From: Candidatus Poribacteria bacterium
Lineage (GTDB): Bacteria > Poribacteria > WGA-4E > PCPOR2b
Direction of reading: 5' to 3'
NCBI GenBank assembly: GCA_965208675.1
Contig: OZ242351.1
Span: forward strand, 864,001 to 928,000
Length of the DNA stretch: 64,000 nt
Shown here: piece by piece, positions 51,206-62,002 of the stretch
Position numbering within the stretch: the stretch's first letter is position 1
Layout: every line of letters begins with the position of its first letter
Position numbers and translations under genes: made by a program
The notes under the pieces: model-generated
The model's input: only the letters and a program-made list of their open reading frames with translations
What the model was told of the DNA's origin: nothing
Databases searched by the model: none

Positions 51206-52081
51206 TTATCTCGGCCAGCGGTAAGGTTGAGCTCCCTGTGAAAACTTGAGTGCAAATTCCCACCTTTGGCACCACGTCGTGTAATCGGTCTGTAGCGCAT
51301 TCGGCCGTGACTGGCTGCGCATCAAGAATGCGGGATAGTAGGGGCGCCCCGTCGGTTGATAAGCATCGTGGTAGCGTAAGTCAAAACTCCATCGCACTGT
51401 GTCAGTTTTATTTAATAGCGAGTGGTGCATCGTGTAGTTGTGGAATAGAAGTATGCCGCCAGCCCTCACCGGAAGCGGCATTGGTTCTATAAGAGGGCGT
51501 TCTTCGAGCGGTATGTCCAGCCCATGGGGCGAAAAAACGTGCTTCCGAAGCCCTTGTTTATGGCTACCGGGTACCACTTCAAGACACCCATTATCCAAGG
51601 TCACATCTACGATGGGTATCCAAATTGTGAGGATAAAAAACGGGTCGGTTTCAGGCCAACAAACACCAGCGTCCTGATGCCAGGGAGTCGGCCCTTTAGG
51701 GATTTTACCGTGCGGTAGTGTAGCTCGGATGTGTTGTATGGGGTTGCACAGAATCTCCGACCCAACGAAGGATTCCGCCAGATCCAAAATTTTGGGGTTT
51801 TTTAAGAAGTTGAAGGACGCCTCGCCGCGTGCTTGCATGATGTCCAAATTGTCAGCAATCTCTGGAGCTTCTTCAGCTAAGCAAACTAGTCGGCGCGTAA
51901 ATGGTTCATTTTCGTGCAGCGAGCTAACTCGTCCTTGTGCATAATACCGCCGCGCACGTTCGTCAATGATAGCGGAATACTCGTCAATGACCGGTTGCAG
52001 TTCGTCCGCGTCCAGCCAATCCTCTAGCAATAGATATCCGTTTTCATAGAAAGACGAGACTTGCGATTCCGTTACATGCAT
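51206..52081 (-). CDS. Phytanoyl-CoA dioxygenase (PhyH) family Fe(II)/2OG oxygenase
   Basis: FYENGYL, PWHQD, NGCL-VVPGSH, distal H and R. Confidence 0.9.
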   Translation of the reverse strand: MHVTESQVSSFYENGYLLLEDWLDADELQPVIDEYSAIIDERARRYYAQGRVSSLHENEPFTRRLVCLAEEAPEIADNLDIMQARGEASFNFLKNPKILDLAESFVGSEILCNPIQHIRATLPHGKIPKGPTPWHQDAGVCWPETDPFFILTIWIPIVDVTLDNGCLEVVPGSHKQGLRKHVFSPHGLDIPLEERPLIEPMPLPVRAGGILLFHNYTMHHSLLNKTDTVRWSFDLRYHDAYQPTGRPYYPAFLMRSQSRPNALQTDYTTWCQRWEFALKFSQGAQPYRWPR

Positions 52082-52296
52082 GATAATCGTGTCCTAACGT
52101 AACAACTTAAAGTCCGCGCGCCTTAATCTTCAGCAGTCACCTTCAACTGATTGCGTGCGAGTTGCCGGAAATACCGTTCAAGACAAACTCAACCTCGGGC
52201 ATCGCCGCAATGAAAGTAACCGCGGAACGCGGTTCGCTGCTGTTGCTCGATTGAAAGAATCAGTATCAGATTGCCGCTGATTAATCGGGTTCTACA

Positions 52297-53094
52297 CTAA
52301 TCCCATTGAATTACACCTTGATTCCCCTTCAATGTGACGGTCGGCGTCATCAAAACCTCGCCTTCCTTTATATCAGGCATCCCAATCGGATCTAAAGCAT
52401 GGGCAATTCTGCGGGAGAGGTGTTTCCCCAAATCTGCCTCCATCTCACTATCGGTCTTAAATGTAACCTGTCGCCGCTGCTCTGTTTGATAGGCATACCA
52501 ATATTTTATATAGCCTCTGATTGAATCATTGAATATCAGTTGTCCGGAATTCGTATCAATCACCTTTATCCAAGCGCGCATGTAGGCACTCAGCCGTGTG
52601 CGAACAAAGGTTGCAGATCCTGATATCCCTGCTTGCCTCCCTAGCCGCTGGAGCAGCGTGTTATAATCTTTTCTAGCAAAGGTCGGCTCATCCAGTTTTC
52701 CAACCACAATCAGATTTGCGTTTAATTCTCTCCCTACTTTTGCGGCTAAGGCAGAGTCCTCAAACATGTGGTTCAGCGTTACGCCCATCTCTTCGAGCTT
52801 CGATGCAACCGGGTTTACACTCTTCGACTGATCATAAACGAACTGTATATCTTTGTCTGCATTCTTGAACTTCAGATCGAAGTTTTCTGCCACCCGAATC
52901 GGAACCCATCTCCCAAGTTTTTCAGCCATCTCCGCGATAAACGGAGCAATCGCAACTCCTTGCGCCTGTTCAATTGGAGGAGGAGTGGTGATTTTTTCAC
53001 CTTCGATCGCTTTAGTGCAGCCAGTAACTATAAGAAGTCCCGCCAAAATCAGAAAAACTTGAAACGGAACAGAAACCATCAACGCTCTCTTCAT
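52297..53094 (-). CDS. Lipoprotein, CsgG/TolB-N-like fold suspected
   Basis: Lipobox VTGC; VAIAPF, AAKVGRELNANLIVVG, IKVIDTNSGQLIF; SD AAGGAG. Confidence 0.65.
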   Translation of the reverse strand: MKRALMVSVPFQVFLILAGLLIVTGCTKAIEGEKITTPPPIEQAQGVAIAPFIAEMAEKLGRWVPIRVAENFDLKFKNADKDIQFVYDQSKSVNPVASKLEEMGVTLNHMFEDSALAAKVGRELNANLIVVGKLDEPTFARKDYNTLLQRLGRQAGISGSATFVRTRLSAYMRAWIKVIDTNSGQLIFNDSIRGYIKYWYAYQTEQRRQVTFKTDSEMEADLGKHLSRRIAHALDPIGMPDIKEGEVLMTPTVTLKGNQGVIQWD

Positions 53095-53158
53095 GATTCA
53101 GTTTCACTCCTTACCTTGAATGAATAAAATGCGAACTCGCTTTTTTGGAAACGCACAG

Positions 53159-53187
53159 ATTATAGCACAGTTAGATTCCTATGTCAA
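53159..53187 (-). promoter_or_regulatory. Perfect-consensus sigma70 promoter for the 52297-53094 lipoprotein
   Basis: Minus strand TTGACA-17 nt-TATAAT with extended -10 TG. Confidence 0.8.
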
Positions 53188-53739
53188 TCATCTCCATGAA
53201 AACTTGACAAAAATGTAAGGCAGGTACTGAATGCAATCCATTTCATATGGAATGCCAGAAAGAGTCGTACAAACAAAGACTTTAGAACAGTTGTCAAAAT
53301 ACTTTTGCCAAATTGCGGTAACGCATTTTTGTCTACTGTACCCATATGTTTACAACGTCCGCACGCCTGATTTATTCAGGGTTCTCGCGACCTTCGCCCG
53401 AATCTTACCGTAATTCTGTCAAAAAAATGTTACACCCGTCTCCATACTCCGTCAGTACGCTATCCACTAGACCAAATAATTTCAAACTGCCCGGATGCCA
53501 TGGTACATGCGGATTTTCGACTCCAAACCGAGTCTAAATTGAAGTGGATTGTTGGATTTGGCATATATTTTGCGAATTAAAACCTATATTTTAAGTAATG
53601 GATTAAGCCCAATAGTATTGTTCTGTTTACTGATTCTGAAGCGGTTGAAACAGTATCATCTTGGAGAAAATTTAACGATTTAACGTTCGATACTACATGG
53701 GCTTCACTAAAAAAGGGTTGACTCAACGGAGGTGACGAC

Positions 53740-53853
53740 GTGAGCGCTAAACGCAAGACACAAAGATATTTTCGCAAGATAATTAAGCGGTACCTAAAGC
53801 GGCAAAATCCTAGGATGCAGGTAATATACCGAAAGACAACCGAAAACTACTAA
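53740..53853 (+). CDS. Small basic protein, 37 aa (below ORF-track cutoff)
   Basis: SD GGAGGTGA at 53728-53735, GTG start, MSAKRKTQRYFRKIIKRYLKRQNPRMQVIYRKTTENY*. Confidence 0.55.
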   Translation: MSAKRKTQRYFRKIIKRYLKRQNPRMQVIYRKTTENY

Positions 53854-54222
53854 TCGCCGCGAGAGATTTCAAGTAAAGATTTAAAATAGCGTATGCGGAT
53901 AGCTAGAGCATCTTCAGATGGTTATAAAGGCTGACTTCAACTGTTCAAATTTGCCGCACTTCTCTCTTTCAGCAAGCATAAACTCCAAATCAACCTACAA
54001 GATAAAACGCAATGGACTCGATACTGAAATGAGTGGCGAAGATGGAGCTATAAAGGTTCGCAGTAGCGCAATATGTTGTACGTTTTTGCGCCAATTATCA
54101 TACTAGGCGTCGTACAAGCAGGTTAAGAATGAATTGACGTGCAATCGATTGCGTTAATACAAAATGAACTGCGTAACCGCATGCATGCTTCAACCGCGAA
54201 AACATGTTGCGTCAATCACATT

Positions 54223-55014
54223 TTACTTACGGCTAAAGCCCATAATTCCTATGATACCGAGCAATGCTAGATTTGGGAATAGCAGCGGCGCAAGTATCGG
54301 TGCACCGTGGAGAAAGCTCTCTCTTAAGCTTTCCGCGGGCGCAGCGAGATTCGCCGACAGGTGCAGATAGAAGCCGACAACGCCCGTCAGACCGTTCAAC
54401 GCCAAGATTAAAACGCAGAACGCAAGAAACGATGCATTGCGCGGCTGCACGATTGCAGTCATCAAAAAACTGACAGCCATGGCGCTTGCATACACAGGAA
54501 TCCACTCGCGCCAATCGAAAAATCCGTTCTGGGCGTGGTCGCAAATTGACAAGATGAAGTTGCCAAGAAATCCGGCGCACGCCATGACCAGCACCCATCT
54601 ACCCCATTCCAGCGACTCTTCGTGGACTGTATGGTGCATGATTAACAGCAAACCAATGCCGGCAAAAGAGAGCGGTGCGATGAATGGCGCAGTGTACACC
54701 AGACTCCGAATGGTAAAATTGGCGAAGAATTGGCTATCAAGATGATACAGCATACCGACGACGCCGACCACAATGGAAACCGAACCAACCCCAACGCCCG
54801 TAAACTGGTTCGCCCACGTTCCTCCGAAGATGCGAGCAACCAATAATAACGGCACCGCGGCAATCGAAACAACGAACGGTATCCATTCCGCGCTATGTGC
54901 AAAGGCATTTATCGAGTGTGCAATGTAAACGTCTACAGCCAAAAAAGCTAAGTTAATGACGATGAAACACTCCAAAAACATTGGACACTTATCCAGCAAC
55001 TTACGGTTTTGCAT
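54223..55014 (-). CDS. Polytopic membrane protein with two internal repeats, partner of the octaheme cytochrome
   Basis: About 8 TM helices; repeats H...EWIP, G-YHL/G-LHL, AP-APL-F; overlaps the cytochrome stop (track start 55038). Confidence 0.8.
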   Translation of the reverse strand: MQNRKLLDKCPMFLECFIVINLAFLAVDVYIAHSINAFAHSAEWIPFVVSIAAVPLLLVARIFGGTWANQFTGVGVGSVSIVVGVVGMLYHLDSQFFANFTIRSLVYTAPFIAPLSFAGIGLLLIMHHTVHEESLEWGRWVLVMACAGFLGNFILSICDHAQNGFFDWREWIPVYASAMAVSFLMTAIVQPRNASFLAFCVLILALNGLTGVVGFYLHLSANLAAPAESLRESFLHGAPILAPLLFPNLALLGIIGIMGFSRK

Positions 55015-56236
55015 GGCGTTCTCGGAGTTCCGCCGCAATGTGCTCCATCTCTGTGGCCTTCAGGAGCAGTTCATAATTCCCATGCCACTGCACGAAATCT
55101 GCGCCACCCATAAATGCGCCGTGTTTAGCGGTCCGTCCATAATAATGCCACAGGTCGAAATAGATAAATTCTATCGGCTCATCGAAAGGATCGGGCGTAA
55201 GCAAACCCTCCTGCCGAAGTTCAGTCATTAACGCATTCGCCTCGGAAATCTTTGCATTGGTGGCTTGAACAACCCCTTCAGCTTCTTGATAGATTTTCTC
55301 GACGTGTGTTTGGGCGTGACATTTGAGGCAAGTCTCTTTCATCGCGCTCTGCGCCTGATGATAGGTTGGCCGCTGCTTTGACACCGGCGCGAATAACCAA
55401 TATGATAACCGCTCTGACGTGTCGTGCGTAACCTTCAAGCCTTCCAATCCGCTAAGGTGGCAGGTCGAACATGTGGGTACGGACATATCAGCGGTGGATA
55501 GATGTTTTGGATCAGCGCCGAGATTCATCTCGCGTTTCTGTGCGTTGTAAAGTACGCCGTGTTTCGACTCATGGAAAATCTCGATTTGCGAGTGATCCGG
55601 ACCCATGTGGCATTGTCCGCAGGTTTCGGGTTGCCGTGCGAGCGCGACTGATGTAGAGTGCCGCGCGTGGCAATGCGTGCAGGTACCGATTGATCCGTCC
55701 GAGTTCGGCTTGCCGATGTCGTGACAGCCTAAACATCCGATATCAATAGCGCTTTGCCCTTCTCTCTGCGCGAGTTGATTGGCAACACGATTGACCGCCC
55801 CTTCATGGTAAGTTTCCGCAAATTCAATCTGTTCAACCGTGAAATCCTGCTTGCCTCGGACGGCTGCCCAAGCCGGCGCGCCGTGGCGGCTCTTGATAAA
55901 CTGCTGGTACTCAGTCGTATGGCACTGGCTACAGTTTTTCGCCGTAAGTTCCCCGGCGATGGTGAATCCGTTATGCGCCTGATGTTCTTGCCCCTCTATA
56001 GCTTGGTGACAATCGAGGCAGGTCACGCCGCTGTTTGCATGTCGGCTTCTTTCAAATTGATGTACGACCGCTGAGGTCTCTCTTCGATGGCATGTTGCAC
56101 ACTTGCCCGTCGCTCGCACAAACTCGGCTTTCGGCTGCTCCGTCTCGTGAGCCGGGCGTCTTGCATTGAAAAGAACCGCGCCCACGATGAAGGCTGCGCC
56201 CACAACCACGCTGATGAAAATTGCTCTGAACGTCAT
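55001..56236 (-). CDS. Octaheme cytochrome c, hydroxylamine oxidoreductase family
   Basis: Eight CxxCH motifs (CATCH, CLDCH, CSQCH, CLGCH, CTHCH, CGQCH, CSTCH, CLKCH); CHMGPDH-Q-E-ESKHG; GAFMGGADFVQWHG; N-terminal anchor. Confidence 0.9.
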   Translation of the reverse strand: MTFRAIFISVVVGAAFIVGAVLFNARRPAHETEQPKAEFVRATGKCATCHRRETSAVVHQFERSRHANSGVTCLDCHQAIEGQEHQAHNGFTIAGELTAKNCSQCHTTEYQQFIKSRHGAPAWAAVRGKQDFTVEQIEFAETYHEGAVNRVANQLAQREGQSAIDIGCLGCHDIGKPNSDGSIGTCTHCHARHSTSVALARQPETCGQCHMGPDHSQIEIFHESKHGVLYNAQKREMNLGADPKHLSTADMSVPTCSTCHLSGLEGLKVTHDTSERLSYWLFAPVSKQRPTYHQAQSAMKETCLKCHAQTHVEKIYQEAEGVVQATNAKISEANALMTELRQEGLLTPDPFDEPIEFIYFDLWHYYGRTAKHGAFMGGADFVQWHGNYELLLKATEMEHIAAELRERHAKP

Positions 56237-56630
56237 TTGTGCTCTCTGATTATTTTCTGCCTATTCCCCGGAATTCCCATATGTGAAAGGTACCTGTACA
56301 TGCTACCGAAACCGATATTGGCCAATCCAACATCGGAATCTGAAGCAAACTGCGCTTCCACCTATGTGGGGTGATAAGGTTAGATTTAGAAACTATTGCA
56401 TGGTGCTGCAAGTAATTTACGCAAATTATACGACAAGAAGTCACGTAAGATCAAGTTGGCTTCCACGAGTTTTGATTGCGCAACACATTTGATCGCATTA
56501 TAATACCCTATCTGTAATTTTCACTGAACGATAAATTCTATAAGTGCCTATCCGCCAAAAACGCCGCCTGTTCTATACGAAAACCGCAGTTAATCCCTCA
56601 ATCCCGTAAATTACCAGTAATTAGGAGATC

Positions 56631-57410
56631 ATGGTTAGCGAAGAGGTTACAAACGGCTCGCGAGTCGCAATCGTTACAGGGGCAGCTAGTGGAATTGGAC
56701 GCGCTATTGCCGAAGCGTTCGCACTTGACGGCATCCAAGTAATCGTAGCCGATATTAACAGAGAACGGGGACAGGCTGTCGCTGACGCGGCGGGCGGCGA
56801 TTTAGTAGCTGTGGATCTCGCCGCAAAAGAGGACTGCCGCCGTTTGGTGCACGAAACACTGGCACTCCATGGCAGAATTGACATTTTGGTCAATAACGCA
56901 GGGATGCAGCATGTTGATTCTATTGAGATGTTTCCCGAGGAGATTTGGGATAGGATGCTGGCGGTGATGCTGACCGCTCCGTTTTTACTCACCAAGTATG
57001 TTTGGCGAACGATGACAGCGTCCGGTTGGGGGCGCATTGTGAATATCGGCTCGATTCACAGCCGTGTCGCATCGCCCTTTAAGAGCGCCTACGTGACAGC
57101 CAAGCACGGCCTCATCGGTCTCACGCGCACAGCCGCACTGGAAGGCGGTGCGCACGGCATTACCGTTAACGCAATTTGTCCCGCTTATGTGGATTCCGCC
57201 CTTACGGAAGACCAAATCGCCGATCAGGCACGTACGCGTGCACTCTCTCCCCAAGAAGACGTTGAGCAAGTTATGTTGGAACCTGCTGCAATCAAACGGC
57301 TCATTGCACCTGAAGAGGTGGCGTCGCTAGTCGCCTACTTGTGTTCGGACGCCGCTAGCGCCGTCACTGGGTCGGACTGGACGATTGATTTAGGCTGGAC
57401 GGCGCGCTAA
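56631..57410 (+). CDS. bdhA: 3-hydroxybutyrate dehydrogenase (SDR)
   Basis: [29 protein letters not shown]. Confidence 0.85.
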   Translation: MVSEEVTNGSRVAIVTGAASGIGRAIAEAFALDGIQVIVADINRERGQAVADAAGGDLVAVDLAAKEDCRRLVHETLALHGRIDILVNNAGMQHVDSIEMFPEEIWDRMLAVMLTAPFLLTKYVWRTMTASGWGRIVNIGSIHSRVASPFKSAYVTAKHGLIGLTRTAALEGGAHGITVNAICPAYVDSALTEDQIADQARTRALSPQEDVEQVMLEPAAIKRLIAPEEVASLVAYLCSDAASAVTGSDWTIDLGWTAR

Positions 57411-57527
57411 CCGAGAAAAACCGTAAACCTGATGAGTCAACACGAGCTGAAGAAGCGAATTTAGGCCTTGTACATTCAACTCAATGCATGGATTCGCAAC
57501 GTCTTTCTTTCGCGTGGAGGAGGTAAT

Positions 57528-58658
57528 TTGCCTAAAGACATTTACGATGCGATTATCATCGGCGCTGGAGGTATGGGGAGTGCAACAGCATATCACCTTG
57601 CCAGCTCTGGCGCCAAAACGCTGGTATTGGAACAATTTTCCCGCGGACATGCACTCGGCAGTTCGCACGGAGATAGCCGGATTATCCGTCTTGCCTACGA
57701 GAAAAAGTTCTATGTGGAGTTGATGAAATCTGCATACACCGAATGGCGTAAGTTGGAGTCGGCGTCGGGGAAGAAACTGCTATACGACACCGGTGGTATT
57801 ACAATTGCTCCTAAAGAGCACGATTATATCATTGGTTTGCGTAACAGCTTAGAAGCGGCGGGCGTTGAATCGGAATGGTGGGACAGCAGGCAGGTTTCCC
57901 GGCGTTTTCCTCAATTTGAGATTAATGGCAACGTGTGCGTGCTGTGGCAAGAAGATACCGGTTTCCTCTACGCATCCGAGTGCGTTTCAACGCATTTGCA
58001 GCTGGCTGAAAGTCACGCCGCTGAGATTCGAGAAAACACCTGTGTCAGCAAAATCGACTGGCAGCGCAGTGTTCCTCAAGTAATTGCTAATGGTGAATCT
58101 TTCAAGGGAAGAAACGTGATTGTAACCGCCGGACCTTGGGCAGCTTCCATTCTCAGCACACTTGAACTCCCCTTGACAGTAACCCGTCAGCAGGTCGTTT
58201 ATTTCCGTCCCACAGACGTAAACCTATTCCATCCGGTAAAATTCCCTGTCTTCATCGAAATATCACAAGGCGAGTTCATCTACGGGATACCTGCCTTCAA
58301 ATTTGCCGGCATAAAGGCTGCCCGGCACGGGTTGGGGGAAACGGTATCACCGGACATATGCGACCGCAACCCTAGCGCCGATTATATAGAGCATTTGCGC
58401 GCTTATCTAAAGGCACGCATTCCCGACGCCGCCGGCGAGTTGCTTCACGCAGAAGTTTGCTTGTACACGGAGACTCCCGATGGCGACTTTATAATCGACG
58501 CCCATCCTGACTGTCCGCAACTCATCTTTGCGGCGGGGTTTTCAGGTCATGGGTTCAAGTTCTGTAGTCTTGTGGGGCGGATTCTTGCGCAATTAACCTC
58601 TTCCGGTAAAACGAACCTCGACGTTCGGCCATTCAGTGTGGCGCGATTCGCGCCGTGA
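57528..58658 (+). CDS. Monomeric sarcosine oxidase / N-methyltryptophan oxidase family
   Basis: IIGAGGMG, GSSHGDSRIIR, CLYT-TPD-DFIID, GFSGHGFKF; TTG start after GGAGGAGG (track start 57468). Confidence 0.9.
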   Translation: MPKDIYDAIIIGAGGMGSATAYHLASSGAKTLVLEQFSRGHALGSSHGDSRIIRLAYEKKFYVELMKSAYTEWRKLESASGKKLLYDTGGITIAPKEHDYIIGLRNSLEAAGVESEWWDSRQVSRRFPQFEINGNVCVLWQEDTGFLYASECVSTHLQLAESHAAEIRENTCVSKIDWQRSVPQVIANGESFKGRNVIVTAGPWAASILSTLELPLTVTRQQVVYFRPTDVNLFHPVKFPVFIEISQGEFIYGIPAFKFAGIKAARHGLGETVSPDICDRNPSADYIEHLRAYLKARIPDAAGELLHAEVCLYTETPDGDFIIDAHPDCPQLIFAAGFSGHGFKFCSLVGRILAQLTSSGKTNLDVRPFSVARFAP

Positions 58659-58755
58659 GGGCAAACTCCAAAATTGACTCAGTAAAACTTCTCAGAGCAT
58701 ACGTCCGCTCCTAAATTAATCTCGTCGGAGTTGGGAGCCAACCACATCAGAACCC

Positions 58756-59325
58756 ATGAACACGCAATCACATGTGATTATCAATGCCGCACTGCTGAAT
58801 CGGAAGGATAAGCCGCATCTGCAGCGCTACTTGCTTTTGGGTGCATTGATACCAGACCTGCCGATGTTTGTCTTTTTCGTTGTCGAAGCATTCATGTTTG
58901 GACATCCTCAACAACAGATTTGGTCAGAACGCTATTTTCTCCCGCAATGGCAAAACTTCATTGACATTTTCAACGCCGTGCCGCTCATACTGATTGTTCT
59001 CGGAATTGGTTACCGCCTCAAATCCGAGGCGCTTATATTCTGCTGCTTGAGCATGCTGTTACATTGCGCCGCGGATTTTTTCCTGCATCACGACGACGCC
59101 CATCGGCATTTTTTCCCATTACTCCAATTCAGATTCAGCAGCCCAATCTCATACTGGGATACAGCCCGTTACGGACGCGTTGTTTCGCTCGTTGAAATCG
59201 TGATAACAATCTTGGCTTCCATCCACCTTTTTCCTCGACTACGTTCCCGCATCACGCGAGGCGTTTTGATTGCCGTGAATTCCCTCTCCGTCCTCCTCTA
59301 CATCGTTTTTGCAGTCGTGTATTAA
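58756..59325 (+). CDS. Membrane protein, YdjM-like putative metal-dependent hydrolase
   Basis: N-terminal T-SH, GALIPDLP, LHCAAD-HHDDAHRH. Confidence 0.7.
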   Translation: MNTQSHVIINAALLNRKDKPHLQRYLLLGALIPDLPMFVFFVVEAFMFGHPQQQIWSERYFLPQWQNFIDIFNAVPLILIVLGIGYRLKSEALIFCCLSMLLHCAADFFLHHDDAHRHFFPLLQFRFSSPISYWDTARYGRVVSLVEIVITILASIHLFPRLRSRITRGVLIAVNSLSVLLYIVFAVVY

Positions 59326-59361
59326 CTGACCTGTGGCGTCCATTTGGCAGTGAGCCGATGG

Positions 59362-60243
59362 CTACACATGTAGTCGATTAATCAAGGCAAGCAGGTTTCG
59401 CATGCAGTGTCGCGACGCTTCTTCTCCAGCTTGGGAGAATTCGGCGCCACCCGGGCGATTAAGCTGGTCGTCGTCGATTCTCAGACTTGGGCGCCAATGC
59501 GTTTCCAAACAGAGGTGTCCACGATACCCGTCATCAACAAAAGCCTGAAGTTGCCCGTGCCAATCAACCGTGCCTTCACCGACAGGGACACATTCAATTT
59601 TACCGGTCACAGGGTTTTTTAGCGCGTCCTTCAAGTGAGCATGAACCATTAGTGTTTTGAGGCGGTGATAGGCGTTAGGGTAAGGTATTTCTCCATCCTT
59701 ATCCGCATGGGCTTCATTTGCTGGGTCCCAGATGGCGCGGACGATTGGCGAATTGATTTCGCGCACAAATCGTTCCGTTAGCTTGGCCGTCGCGAGTGAA
59801 GTAGAATGTTCGTTTTCCATACCCAAGATTACCCCTGCACTTTCGGCAATCTGCACCGGTTCATAATAGGCGGCGACAATTTCAGGCCAACGCTCCTCCG
59901 TGTTATCCGTTTTCCAGAATGCGAAGGTGCGAACCAGATTGGTGTCAAGTGCCTTCGCTAGCTTGATACACCGCTTCAGTATATTCAGATGCTCCCTACG
60001 TTCATTTTTATTGTCAATGTCACATTTCAAGAACGGCGAAGCGATTCCGACAATCTTGAGGTTTGTCCCTTTCAAAATCCGTTTCATTTCACCGATGTCG
60101 GTCTCGGACAAATCCTGCGGCGGCTTTCCCCACACGGTCCTAATCTCAATGGAATCGAGTTTGAACGACGTTGCAAAATCTACAACCGTTTGAAAGTCCT
60201 GAGACACCTCGTCACTGATAACGCCAATTTTGAACATCTGCAT
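59362..60243 (-). CDS. Sugar phosphate isomerase/epimerase (xylose-isomerase-like TIM barrel)
   Basis: ISDE, MENE, WDPAN, HLKD, G-G-VDW, LETH. Confidence 0.85.
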   Translation of the reverse strand: MQMFKIGVISDEVSQDFQTVVDFATSFKLDSIEIRTVWGKPPQDLSETDIGEMKRILKGTNLKIVGIASPFLKCDIDNKNERREHLNILKRCIKLAKALDTNLVRTFAFWKTDNTEERWPEIVAAYYEPVQIAESAGVILGMENEHSTSLATAKLTERFVREINSPIVRAIWDPANEAHADKDGEIPYPNAYHRLKTLMVHAHLKDALKNPVTGKIECVPVGEGTVDWHGQLQAFVDDGYRGHLCLETHWRPSLRIDDDQLNRPGGAEFSQAGEEASRHCMRNLLALINRLHV

Positions 60244-60259
60244 CTACTCCAAGAGTAAG

Positions 60260-61885
60260 TTAACGCATAGGGTCGCCTTTATGACGATGGCGGAGTGCCT
60301 TCTTGTCGAGTTTTCCCACACTGGTCTTCGGAATTTCATCTACGAATGAAATTTTGTCGGGCAACCAAAATTTTGGGAACTTTGAATCGAGGTGCAAAAC
60401 TAGTTCTTCTTCGGTTACGGCGCCGGCGTCCGAATCCAAAACAACAACTGCAAGCGGCCGCTCAATCCACCGTTCATCGGGTATTGCAATGACTGCGGCT
60501 TCCCTTACCCTGGGGTGATCCAAAAGTGCGTTTTCGATTTCGAGGCTTGAAATCCATTCACCGCCGCTTTTTACTAGGTCTTTCGCACGGTCGACTATCT
60601 GCATGCACCCATCGGGGCTAATCACCGCCACGTCGCCGGTACGAAACCATCCATCCGTAGTGAAGTGCTCTGGACTGGGCTTAACCTTGTAATAGCTATT
60701 GGCAACCCACGGCCCGCGGACTTGCAGTTCGCCCATCGCAACACCATCCCAAGGTAATAATTCGCCTGCCTCGTCCACAATGCGCATCTCGACACCCGCA
60801 AGGGGATAACCCTGCTTTGCTTTGATATCCCATTGCGCAAGTTCTAAGATTGCGCTATGATGGCTCTGCAGATTTAACAGCGTTCCAACGGGTGATGTCT
60901 CTGTCATACCCCATCCTTGCATCACATTGACATGCAACTCTGTCTCGTAGGCTTGAATAAGTGGACGGGGCATAGCGGCGCCTCCTACCGCCAATGTGCG
61001 GATATGTGATGTATCCCTTGGTTTTGTTTTTAGCTCTTCATACAATCCTGACCAGAGCGTCGGCACCCCTGCGGGTACCGAAACCTTTTGGTCCGCGATC
61101 ATTTGTGCCAGATCGGAAGGTTTTAGATATTGTCCAGGCAAAACCATATCCGCTCCGGCAAATGCACAGGCGTATGGCAACCCCCACGCCATAGCATGGT
61201 ACATCGGTACAGCCGGCATGACCACGTCTTGTTCGCTTAAGGCGAATGCGTTTGCGTGGCTAATTCCCATCGTGTGCAGATACACGGATCGGTGGCTGTA
61301 AAGCACACCCTTTGGATTTCCCGTGGTCCCGCTCGTGTAACACAAGCCCATTGCCGCTTTTTCGTCCATGCCGCTCCATTCATAATCCTCGAACGCTTGC
61401 GCCATCAAATCTTCGTAAAAACTGACGTTAGGCAGTTTCGTTTGCACCCCGGAATCGACGTTGAACAAAACATAGTGCTCCACGCAGCCAATCTGATCGG
61501 CGGCCTGCTCGAATACCGGCAACACTGTCGCGTCAATAAACACAACCTTATCCTCCGCATGATTTACGACATAAGCGAGTAGTTCAGGAGATAGGCGGAT
61601 GTTCAACGTGTGACACACTGCGGCGGTGCACGGCACTGCGAAATACAATTCGAGGTGTTGAAAACTGTTCCATCCAAACGTGCCCACCCGGTCGCCCGAT
61701 TCGACGCCTAGAGCGCCCAACACGTTTGCCAGCCGTTTAACGCGTTGATAAAGATCGGCGTATGAATACCGGTGCATAGTGCCGCCGGCTAGCTTTGTGG
61801 TAACCTGCTTGTGGGGATGCATGCGGTAAGCGTGTTCCAAAATACGGTCTATTGTGAGTTGGTAATCCATCATTAGACCTTGCAT
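60260..61885 (-). CDS. Acyl-CoA ligase (AlkK/DmdB-like AMP-binding)
   Basis: [45 protein letters not shown]. Confidence 0.92.
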   Translation of the reverse strand: MQGLMMDYQLTIDRILEHAYRMHPHKQVTTKLAGGTMHRYSYADLYQRVKRLANVLGALGVESGDRVGTFGWNSFQHLELYFAVPCTAAVCHTLNIRLSPELLAYVVNHAEDKVVFIDATVLPVFEQAADQIGCVEHYVLFNVDSGVQTKLPNVSFYEDLMAQAFEDYEWSGMDEKAAMGLCYTSGTTGNPKGVLYSHRSVYLHTMGISHANAFALSEQDVVMPAVPMYHAMAWGLPYACAFAGADMVLPGQYLKPSDLAQMIADQKVSVPAGVPTLWSGLYEELKTKPRDTSHIRTLAVGGAAMPRPLIQAYETELHVNVMQGWGMTETSPVGTLLNLQSHHSAILELAQWDIKAKQGYPLAGVEMRIVDEAGELLPWDGVAMGELQVRGPWVANSYYKVKPSPEHFTTDGWFRTGDVAVISPDGCMQIVDRAKDLVKSGGEWISSLEIENALLDHPRVREAAVIAIPDERWIERPLAVVVLDSDAGAVTEEELVLHLDSKFPKFWLPDKISFVDEIPKTSVGKLDKKALRHRHKGDPMR

Positions 61886-62002
61886 TGATATTGCTCCTCA
61901 AACGAGTTAACCTGGTTAGCCGTAGTTCAACAATCAATCCTCGGATTCACCGTTCCGTGCACAGCGTCTTGCACGTGCCCCCCGTCTTCATCGTAATGGA
62001 CG

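Noticed and set aside
55001-56236. Marker of ammonia oxidation or anammox
   Set aside because: The protein is short, the cross-linking Tyr appears absent, and there is no cycA/cycB, amo or hzs context in the window.
56430-56500. FNR/CRP box upstream of the octaheme cytochrome
   Set aside because: Only TTGAT half-sites are present, with no matching ATCAA half at the correct spacing.
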